Source: Mizuhopecten yessoensis
Lineage: Eukaryota
Length of the DNA: 64,000 nt
Assembly: GCF_002113885.1 (NCBI RefSeq)
Contig: NW_018406901.1
Span: 145,969-209,968, forward strand
Direction: 5' to 3'
Numbering within the stretch: position 1 is the stretch's first letter; each line of letters starts with the position of its first letter. Made by a program: the position numbers and the translations under genes. This document shows, one piece after another, positions 1 through 10,925 of this stretch. The notes under the pieces are model-generated. The model saw only the letters and a program-made list of their open reading frames with translations. It was not told where the DNA came from and searched no databases.

Positions 1-58
<58 letters not shown>
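1..58. repeat. (AG)n microsatellite
   Basis: Direct reading. Confidence 0.99.
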
Positions 59-62
<4 letters not shown>

Positions 63-867
63 TCTCAAGCAACTTTTAAGTCTTTTGCAATGAAATATGA
101 AAGGGGATGGATAAGCACAATCTGCTGAAGCTGTTCACCAACGAAATGTGTGGTACAGAGCTCTCCAATCATGAAATAAATAGAAGATTAATCCTTAGCT
201 AGGGCTCCTAAACCAGGAAATATTGGAGAGAGAGCTCATCGCAAGTTTAGCTCTTTGTCCAAGAAAGGTGAAGGGGGGAGGGGGGAGCTTATCCCGAGTT
301 TGAGCTCAATTCACGAAATATCGTCATTTGTAGAGCTTCTCCTCGAGATTGAGCTCATAGCAGAATATGAGGGAGAAGCTGAGCATTTCAAAAAATGGCG
401 ACAGGGAGCTACTCTCAAGACTGAGTTCTTCGGAAACAAAACGGATGGGAGGGTGTAGCTTTATCATTGGCTTGAGGTCTTCATCAAAGCAACAAGGGCA
501 AGAGAGCTTCTCTCAAAGACCACGCTCTTCAGCAATGACATCACGTGGAAGGAAATATGAGTTCAAAACCAGAGCTTTTAAGCTACAAAATAGTCTTAGA
601 ATTTGGTAGTGAAATATGCGTGAGGAAAATATTACAATATTTCGGAAGTGGGGCAAATATTTCCCAAGCTTGACTCGACTGTTCAGCAGTTAAATGTAGT
701 ATGTGGATGATGAAGCTAAATATTAACCCTGAGCTAATCAGCCACGAAACAAGGACGAGAGAAAACGTCACTGTTAAAGCTTGAGCCCTTCGGTAAAGCT
801 CTCCAGGAAACTTAATATGGGTGATATGGATCTGTTTCCTCTTCACGCTTGAGCTCCTCTTGGTCTC

Positions 868-962
868 TTAGCTCATTCACCCCTAAAATTCAAAATGAAC
901 CATTCTCACCTTTGAATTGAATGGGTTCAAATAAATTATGACTTCAGGGATGAATGAGTTAA
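868..962. mobile_element. Diverged ~95-bp TIR element of similar design
   Basis: Imperfect inverted ends ttagctcattcacccct ... cagggatgaatgagttaa. Confidence 0.5.
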
Positions 963-1316
963 TAAGCAGTGAAATATGTGTTGGAGTTAGAAGCAAATAA
1001 CCCAAAAAGCACAAGCTCCTCAGCATAAACATATAGTGACGTCACAACGGGGGAAGCTTACCCAAAGCTTGAACTCTTGGACGATATGATAAACAACGAA
1101 ATTGTATTTCATAATCTGAGGTCGACTTGATGTTGTTGTTATTTGCCCCTCGAGTTTATAGAACAACAGACTATGTTTGTCTGATCAACTAAGGGCCTAG
1201 ACGCGGACACGTCGATTTTCCTTATTGCATGCACTACGTGGTCGCCAGCAAATGCCAATATTTGTCGATGAAATGCATGTGTACTTCCTACATTTCATTC
1301 CCCCGTCCTGATTTAC

Positions 1317-1392
1317 CAGGACGATTGTGCTCGCCAAACGAGTTGAAAACACTTCCCGCCAAGACTGATGTGTCTGAAACTGCACGCGACAT
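1317..1392 (-). CDS. Candidate first coding exon of an unidentified gene running off the left end (MSRAVSDTSVLAGSVFNSFGEHNRP-G)
   Basis: ggcaaATG start context and CTG|gtaaat donor in a locally GC/CpG-rich island, with an RFX-like X-box about 50 nt upstream. No homology recognised. Confidence 0.35.
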
Positions 1393-1440
1393 TTGCCGAC
1401 TCCTACGACAGCGCTGTTAGTGACGTTAATCTCAGTTTTG

Positions 1441-1454
1441 GTTGCCATAACGAC
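1441..1454. promoter_or_regulatory. RFX X-box-like motif GTTGCCATAACGAC
   Basis: Strong GTTGCCAT half-site plus a degenerate second half, compared with GTTGCCATGGCAAC. Confidence 0.45.
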
Positions 1455-2859
1455 ATGTCTACAGTGTTAATTTCGTCAATGTACCGTTTTGTTTTAAGGA
1501 AACTTATTTGATATACAAATGTATTTCAATCAATAAGGATTGGATTTAAAACAATGTATTCTCTTAAATATAGGCGCCGTTTTACGACACACCTAAGCGC
1601 AACAAATTTTTTTTGATTCTGATATTGGCGCCAGTGTTTTCTTGCCTGCATATTTCACTTTATATGTCTATATGAGATAGTAGAGGTTGTGCTATCTTAC
1701 AGCTTTTGCTTCAAAGTACAAACATTTGATAGTCTCTGGGCTTAGCTACAGAAGCAGCTGATATCAAATAAAAGCAATCACTGTGCAATGCTATACTGGT
1801 ATAGAAGTTTGAATACCAGAAGAAAATCGATGCTTATATGTTTTGTATTAGTACTTGATAAATATTAGGAAATACGGACGAAAAATCGTCACTTCCGGTT
1901 TGTTCATATTTTTAAAAAAAATGTCTGGGAAAATGTCCTATAAAATGAAAGCAGGAAGATATAAGATAACGTCATTTATAATAACCTTTTATTAAACACG
2001 AGAAAAACATGTCTTGTCTATGATATCGTTCCTAGATTTTACCTCTGTAGCAGGTTGCTTTTTCATCATTTCAAGGACCGGAGTTGTGATATTTCTAGAT
2101 ATGTCATAACCAGAGTAAAATACGTTAGACATACATTATAATTTGGTTTCGAATAAAATCTGATACTTTGTATGTGTGAAGCTGATTGTAACCTATATTA
2201 CAATTTAGTTTTTTTATGTAAGCGTTATCATTGGATGACTGCGCAAGTCTAAAAAAGCTCTTGTATCCCTCCACCTCGTGGAAGTCTACTTCATCACAGG
2301 TCACATGACCAAACAGCTTCATCGCGTGGTCAATTATGGAGGCATGCAATTAAGATAAAATTTCTATTTTGTTCATTCTTTAATATCTTTTTTAAATACG
2401 TTAATTAAAGCTCATTATAGCACCTAAGTCGGGACTTAACACAATGTCATAGTGTCACAGTCCTTGTGATAATTTCACATCAAAAACATTTTTTTTCAGA
2501 TTACATGTTTGTTTGAGTGTTTTTACGTCTGCTTCACTACCGATTAGTTCCCTATAATAAATAGTATCTTCTAAATATAGAAATCAACCCAAAATGAATA
2601 AATATTGAAACTGCCCAACACCGTCGACATTTCATCTGTTCTGACAGATCAATGACATGGAACTGATGTCATGGGGAAATCTCTTACTTTAGGTGTCGAT
2701 ATATTTATTATAACTCAAAGCAAACTCGTCGTGTCACTTTATGACACGGTAGGTATGACGCTTCACTCAGACAATAGAACCGGGTATGTCCACGGGCAAA
2801 CACCAAGAAGAAAGAGGTGAAAGAAAGGGCTTCGAGTGTTAAAAATATTATAAACTATT

Positions 2860-3070
2860 TTACAACATTAATGATTCGTGTTGGCCAGGACGTAATCGCA
2901 CAGGGAAGGGTTTTTTCAAATGGACTAGAGATCGAGGTACCCGGAGAGAAACTCCACGTGGTCGCGCAGGTGACCTCATACCTTCTTACGTCCGATCAGG
3001 GAGTCGACATCCGGTCGTCTTGGTGGAAGACGAATGCTCTGCTGCAAACCACTGAGTCATCCTGATTGCA
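2860..3070 (-). mobile_element. Diverged copy of the same V-type SINE
   Basis: Reverse complement reads ...gatcggacgtaagaaggtatgaggtcacctgcgcgaccacgtggagtttctctccgggtacc, colinear with 29688-29912. Confidence 0.7.
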
Positions 3071-3080
3071 ATTAGACAGC

Positions 3081-3259
3081 AACAATCGGGAACCGTCGGC
3101 GCTTTCCGTAAATGAGAAAATTGAGTACCGTCGACACATCCGTAAATAAAATTCCAACTGTTTCCAACTGAAGACAGAGACCACGTTCGGCACGGAAATC
3201 AATCGAGAACCGTCGGCACTTACCCTTAAACGAAAAAGTGCCGACGGTTCCCGATTGTT
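3081..3259. mobile_element. MITE-like element with subterminal repeats
   Basis: Perfect 20-bp inverted ends aacaatcgggaaccgtcggc / gccgacggttcccgattgtt, plus two internal direct copies of accgtcg. Confidence 0.6.
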
Positions 3260-4159
3260 TCGGTAATTTGCCATTTGCCCCCAATAAGAGGCTACAAAGA
3301 AAAAAAAAGTCAAGTCCCATCTCAAGCGTCATACAGTGGACTACAGTAAAGTTTTTTTTGTATTCCTGGACGAACAAGATTGCTATTACACCGTATTACA
3401 AAATATTTTATATAATATTTGGTAAGAGTGTATGTTCACCCACAGACCAAATTAGGGTCATTAGCGTTTTCAAAACCTCTTTCATACCTCCCTCCGGGAA
3501 CAAAACACACTTAATGCATTTGTGATGGGCATCTTTTGGTCTGGTCATCTTTTTGGAAATCACGAATAATATAAGCTTTCCGCAACGCAGCAAGGGAATG
3601 TTTGAATGTCGTAAAAACGCATAAATAATGTTCTATTATTAAAGTGTGTCAAAGTCAAAATATACAACGTGTTACGTAGTTATCACACGGAGTCTGGTTA
3701 TTGTAAAACTCTGTGACGAAGTTGTAATACCATTGATAATTATCACGCTTTAGGGGTAAGTCGCTATGTAGAGGTTGTCACTATACAGGGATTCGTCAGT
3801 ACACAGAATTTCGTCATTTTAAAGCGGTTTGTAACGCTTTTGAGTTTAGTAAAAATATAGAGATTGTTTACCATACAGAGTTAGTATGACCCACTGCGGA
3901 ATCGCCGGGTTTCCTCTGTGTCTGCTACAAAGGGGGTTTTGAGGAAACCACAATTGGTCTCCTGTCCCTATTGCAACATTTGGGATATTTATGTTTTCTC
4001 TCTAACTCATGAAAACCTTTTTGTTTCTTGCTTCGAAAAACCCATGTGTGTAGCTGCCTATACGCTGGTACGCATGTAAATACACTGCTTGTGTCGACTC
4101 TGTCACCTACCACGGCCCTGTCCTGGACCTGTTTCTAAATGAATCCACTCCGAACAAGG

Positions 4160-4459
4160 CTAAGCTTCGCCTCTGATTTAGTGTTGGTCGTTCGTCCAAG
4201 TGGTGTAGGCAATGGTTGTTATTCCCTGCTTCAGAGACGTAAATACTAACGACACGACTGTAAATGTCTCTGCCTGCTTAACGTTAAGCGTTTGAGTTAT
4301 TACAACTAGTTTACCCGTTGTCAATATAAGGTGACCGGGTGGAATATTGTGCTGGGGGCCTTCGGTATACTGTTTCCGTGGGGTAGCAATTAAAGTCGGC
4401 ATTAGATCCGCGCTGTCAGAAAGAGTCAAAAACACAAACATAATGCATCTTGCAGACAC
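4160..4459 (+). mobile_element. Older diverged copy of the same SINE, 3' end replaced by a 23-bp satellite
   Basis: Colinear matches to 7915-8235, e.g. cccgttgtca..gtgaccgg, ggtagca..taaagtcggcat.ag.tccgcgct, atgcatcttgca. Confidence 0.72.
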
Positions 4460-6545
4460 ACACATGTAAACATATGTTACACACACATGCAAACAAATAT
4501 TACACACACATGTAAACATATATTACACAAACATGTAAACATATATTACACACACATGTAAACATATATCACACACACATGTAAACATATATCACACACA
4601 CATGTAAACATATCTTACACACACATGTAAACATATGTTACACACACATGTAAACATATATGTTTACATGTGTGTGTGTAATAAATGTTTACATGTGTGT
4701 GTGATATATGTTTACTTGTGTGTGTAAACATATATTACACACACAAGTAAACATATATCACACACACATATAAACATATGTTACACACACAAGTAAACAT
4801 ATATCACACACACATGTAAACATTTATTACACAAACATGTAAACATATATTACACACACACATGTAAACATATATTAAACACACATGTAAAAATCTATTA
4901 CACAAACATGAAAACATATGTTACACACACATGTCAACATATATTACACACACATGTAAACATGTTACACACATGTAAACATATATTACACACACAAGTA
5001 AACATATATCACACACACATGTAAACATATATCACACACACAAGTAAACATATATTACACACACATGTAAACATGTATTACACACACATGTAAACATATA
5101 TTACACACACAAGTAAACATATATCACACACACATGTAAACATTTATTACACAAACATGTAAACATATGCTACACACACATGTAAACATATATTACACAC
5201 ACATGTAAACATATATTACACACACATGTAAACATTTATTACACACACATGTAAACATATGTTACACACACATGTAAACATATATTACACACACATGTAA
5301 ACATGTTACACACACATGTAAACATATGTTATACACACATGTAAACGTATATTACACACACACATGTAAACATATATTACACACACAAGTCAACATATAT
5401 CACACACACATGTAAACATATGTTACACACACAAGTAAACATATATTACACACACATGTAAACATATATTACACACACATGTAAACATATATTACACACA
5501 CATGTAAACATATATTACACACACATGTAAACATATGTTACACACACATGTAAACATATATTACACACACATGTAAACATATGTTACACACACATGTAAA
5601 CATATATTACACACACATGTAAACATATGTTACACACACATGTAAACATATATTACACACACATGTAAACATATATCACACACACATGTAAACATATATT
5701 ACACACACATGTAAACATATGTTACACACACATGTAAACATATATTACACACACATGTAAACATATGTTACACACACATGTAAACATATATTACACACAC
5801 ATGTAAACATATATTACACACACATGTAAACATATATTACACACACATGTAAACATATGTTACACACACATGTAAACATATGTTACACACACATGTAAAC
5901 ATATGTTACACACACATGTAAACATATATTACACACACATGTAAACATATGTTACACACACATGTAAACATGTATTACACACACATGTAAACATATATCA
6001 CACACACATGTAAACATTTATTACACAAACATGTAAACATATATTACATACACAAGTAAACATATATCACACACACATGTAAACATATGTTACACACACA
6101 TGTAAACATATGTTACACACACATGTAAACATATGTTACACACACATGTAAACATACATTACACACACATGTAAACATATATTACACACGCATGTAAACA
6201 TTTATTACACACACATGTAAACATTTATTACACACACACATGTAAACATGTTACACACACATGTAAACGTATATTACACACACATGTAAACATGTTACAC
6301 ACATGTTAACATATATTACACACACATGTAAACATATGTTACACACACACATGTAAACATATATTACACACACATGTAAACATATGTTACACACACATGT
6401 AAACATGTTACACACACATGTAAACATATATTACACACACATGTAAACATGTTACACACATGTAAACATATATTACACACACATGTAAATATATATTACA
6501 CACACAAGTAAACATATATCACACACACATGCAAACATATGTAAC
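4455..6545. repeat. 23-bp minisatellite (acacacacatgtaaacatatatt), about 90 copies
   Basis: Periodicity 23 (e.g. gtaaac at 5481 and 5504). Contains a short inversion at about 4659-4727. Confidence 0.97.
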
Positions 6546-6589
6546 CTAAACGTCGTTCATTTTACCAAGGTAAGCCAATATATAGTAGT

Positions 6590-7670
6590 TGTTACTATAT
6601 ACACGTGCGATATGGAAAGTTGTGTCACTATAGAAAGGTTCACTGAAGAATTGTGTCACTAAAGAGAGGTTCGTTGTGGAGTGTTGTATCACTGTAGAGA
6701 GGTTCACATTGAAAAGTTGTCACTATATAGAGGTTCACTGGAAAGATGTGTCACTAAAGACAGGTTCATTGTGGAGAGTTGTGTCACTATAAAGAGGTTC
6801 AATATGGAGAGTTGTATCACTATAGACAGGTCCACTGTGGAAAGTTGTGTTACTATGTAGAGGTTCAATATGGAAAATTGTGTCACTATAGAGAGGTTCT
6901 CTGGAGAGTTGTGTCACATAAAGTGGTTAAATATGGAGAGTTGAGTCACTATAGACAGGTTCACTGTGGAAAGTTGTGTTACTATAGAGAGGTCCACTGG
7001 ATATTTGTGTCACTATAGATGGGTTCACGGTGGAGAGTTGTGTCACTATGTAGAGGTTCAATATGGAGAGTTGTGTCACTATAGAGAGGTTCAATATGGA
7101 GAGTTGTGTCACTATAAATAGGTTCACTGTGGAAAGTTGTGTTACTATAGAGAGGTGCACTGGATATTTGTGTCACTATAGATAGGTTCACGGTGGAGAG
7201 TTGTGTCACTATGTAGAGGTTCAATATGGAGAGTTTTGTCACTATAGAGAGGTTCTCTGGAGAGTTGTGTCACATAAAGTGGTTCAATATGGAGAGTTGT
7301 GTCACTATAGACAGGTTCACTGTGGAAAGTTGTCACTATAGAGAGGTTCACTCGAGATTTATGTCACTATAGACAGGTTCACTGTGGAGAGTTGTGTCAC
7401 TATGTAGAAGTTCAATATGGAGATTTGTGTCATTATAGAAAGGTTCACTGGAGAGTTGTGTCACATAAAGAGGTTCGCTTGATAGTTGTGTCACTATAGA
7501 CAGGTTCACTGTGGAGAGTTGCATCACTATGTAGGAGTTCACTATAGAGATTTGTGTCACTATGTAGGAGTTGACTATGAAGAGTTGTGTCATTATATAC
7601 AGGTTCACTATAAAAAGTTGTGTCACTATAGAGAGTTTCACTATTGGAAGTTGTCAGACGGTTCATTGAG
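6590..7670. repeat. 33-35-bp tandem repeat (gagagttgtgtcactatagagaggttcactgtg), about 30 copies
   Basis: Direct reading. It generates the spurious TQLS/EPLYSD ORFs. Confidence 0.95.
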
Positions 7671-7775
7671 GTTTTAAATATAACAAAGAGATTGTTACTG
7701 AAGTGGTTGATCATTATATTAATATTTGTTACTTTTTATAGATTGACTGCGTAACAATTCATCCCCTGGTCGTCC

Positions 7776-8295
7776 AGTCCCAGGTATGGCGTAAGAATTG
7801 TACCTGCTGCCCCCATTGCATGATCGTAAGAGGCGACTAAATTTGCGATCTTATCTTTTCTCTTCTTTCTAAACAATTTTCTTCTTCCTAATGTCTCCCT
7901 TGACAATGCCTCACTTTTGGCCTTTAGTTGAGCGTTCGCCCCTGTTAGTAAGGCTTTGGGTTCTGTCCCCTGGCCGATCCATATCTGAAAAAATGGTAGT
8001 TTCTACTCCTGCTTAACTCTCAGCAATTTAGAAGTGGGACGACTGGTTCGCCCGTTGTCAGTATTATGTGACCGGATGGGTTGTCCTGCCGGGGGGGTCT
8101 TCGGTAGTATGTTTCAGTTAGGTAGCACTATAAAGTCGGCATCAGTTCCGCGCTATCACAAGGAGACAAACACGAATATATCGCAGCCTCCCAAAACACA
8201 CACGCATACACCACACGCATGCATCTTGCACACAGGGGAGGCCGTCCTTGATTGACCACAGCTGTTGATAGGACGCTAAACAATACTAAACCAAA
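7776..8295 (+). mobile_element. tRNA-derived composite SINE (resembles bivalve Meta-domain SINEs) with AAACC tail
   Basis: 12-bp TSD CCCTGGTCGTCC (7764-7775, 8296-8307) and a degenerate tRNA head at about 7919-7978. The 3' tail ...agctgttgataggacgctaaac...aaacc is shared with four other copies in the window. Confidence 0.8.
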
Positions 8296-10780
8296 CCCTG
8301 GTCGTCCCTTTAGACAGGTTGTCGTTTATTAGTGGTGATCGATTTAAAAAGGTTTTCGATATATATTTATATATTGTTGCTCTATAGAGGTTCCTGCTCT
8401 ATATAGGCTGTCGAAATATATAAGTTTGTCACTATACGGAGGTATTCTTGTCAAGAATAAGATAACGGGACTTAAAAGGCCCATTCCCTTCATCACACTT
8501 TTACCCTTTTCAATCACTGATTCGCGGAGATTTTTAAACTATATAGTAATGCTTAACTCACTAATTCAACGATACTTGGAGCTACCCTCAAGATATACCC
8601 TTTGCAAAATTTAGAATTATTTTAATTCGTGTTAATTTTGCCAAGGATTTCCAAAATGAGAGTTCTAATTTTTAAGATTGTCACTCCGTAGATGTCAGAG
8701 CGAGTGTTCATCTAACGTGTGAGGGTTACTCATCAACGGATAACCGATGTTCTGTGATATTATACTCCAACCTTCCTCCTCACTGACTTGCGTATAATAG
8801 ACCTGAAGCTCAGTGAGTTACTCACGGTCGGTTGTCAATCACAAGCGTAGGCACGCCTGTAATTAACGGGGCGTGGTCAGACGTACTTGACACTGACCAA
8901 TCAAAACCGAAATCAGCTGCCGGGCGTCGGATTGGTTTGTCACACCCCAGTAGCCCTCTGTCGTGTGAAGTAGAAACTATTTCTCACCGTATAATTTATT
9001 TATATTACTTCTTTTGCTGCCTTGAGCTATGATCATATTTCAAACGTACGCTCTGGTGAGCAGAAATCCACAGGCTATATCAATCACATTTAGACTGCTA
9101 ATAGCACCGACATTCTCGTCCAGTGATTATACCGTCATTCTAAATTCTGAAACGGTCCTGTGATCCGGACTCCAGCAAGCTTTTCGACATTTAGAATCAA
9201 AGCGTGTAACAGCATAAAATTTGAGGTATACAGTAAGTTGACCAAGCGTAGCAAATTTGTTTTCGGATACAAACAAATTTGTTGCACTTCATGAACTCGT
9301 GAACACTCATGGATGCTATTTCAACATGTATAGACTTTTTAAGATGAAAAAAAACCCATTTTTACATACATGTGTAGGCAACGTGAGAGCACATATATAG
9401 TAGGTAATCGTATGCCGCGATGAAAAAAACGACCACAAGTTATCGGGCGAGGGTATTAAATGTCACATATGATCTGTCTTCGGGATTCAAGATGTATGTA
9501 CAGTCGGTGGCTAAGCTGCACCATCCAGCAAACAACACGGTTTACAACAAGACCGGTCAACGTTATTATTATAATGGACACCGCTATGTTCCCTGTTGCC
9601 TTGGTATTGATTTGCAATGAACATGATGAGAATGTTCAATCACACGTGCTTTGTCCGATATGATATGCTCTTCTGACATGAAATCGACAACCGCAAACGT
9701 TATCGCGTGTTCCGTGATCTGCTGCGACACCGCCCGAATACATGAGAAAATTACACTTTGTACTGTTTGTACATAGGCCGCAGGGTAACAGTTGGACTTG
9801 TACTTTATAAGTAAGACACAAGGTCATATTTCAAGGTCATTAAGGATGCATGGGTTGTATCTTTTTTCCATTGTACTTTGTTCTTCATGGTATTTCGTGG
9901 CGGTTGTTCATTGTTATTCATGATTAATCATTATTCATTGGTGATTCACAGCCATTCATGGTCATTCTTTATTATTCACAGTTATTCAAAATCGTTATGG
10001 TATATCTTATCCATTGCCTTTTTCATGGGTTGTAAATTTGAAATTCATTCATAGTTGTTTGTGTTAGTAAGTTATAATGTATGTTTATAAATAGAAATGA
10101 TTGTTTATTGTTCTGCAAGGAAGCTCGTGATTATTGACCAGAAACTCATATTCAGGTATAATGTGTCCCAGGTAACATGCGAAAACACAGGAAACTATGT
10201 AACATTTATACAATGTACAACTTTGTCTTAATATAGACGACAATGAAATATTTCATTAATATTTTTAATTGAATGAACTCATTTGCATAAAGTCCTAAAA
10301 TATCTGAGACAAAGTTTATTCTTGTTTATGTAAAACAAGACCTTCGTATACTGTGTATTTTAAATATACATAACCGTTAGCATATATACGTGTTTGAATA
10401 TATTTCAAGTTCATTATGCTAATAATGAAAATTACTTGTTATCTGTCAATGACGTTTGCCGAAAATAATGACGACTTTCTAAATATGAAAGTTCAATCCT
10501 AAAAAAGCAACTCTTCACTCAATAGTTATTTAAACCGACAAAGAGGCTACGTAAGTAACGTTAATTAATGCTAGTGTAAACAAAGGATTTAGAATAAGGA
10601 GATTTAGACCGAAGACTGGGGTAGTGGGTCAAAATCACACTTATTCTACGTCATGAAGTGATTGCCCAGCTTAGCCTCCTTGTGAGTTTCAGTTAGCCGT
10701 CAATATCTGTAATTGATAAGTTGACGTCACGCCGAGGGTTTTTTTGGACAAAAAAACCCTGGGAGTATTGAAATGATGTG

Positions 10781-10836
10781 TTGGTTTGGTTCTATTTTGA
10801 TTAACGTCCTATTAACAGCTAAGGTTATTTAAGGAC
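10781..10836 (-). mobile_element. 5'-truncated SINE 3' tail
   Basis: Reverse complement of gtccttaaataaccttagctgttaataggacgttaa...aaccaaacc, matching the tail at 8245-8297. Confidence 0.75.
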
Positions 10837-10881
10837 ATGAAATTATATGTATGTCGACTTAATTTTCATGTTATGTTACCA

Positions 10882-10925
10882 CCCCCCCCCCCCCCCCCCC
10901 TCTCTCTCTCTCTCGCTCTCTTTCT
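10882..10925. repeat. C19 run followed by (TC)n
   Basis: Direct reading. Confidence 0.9.

Noticed and set aside
6704-7714. Cluster of overlapping ORFs on both strands
   Set aside because: They are products of the 33-35-bp tandem repeat.
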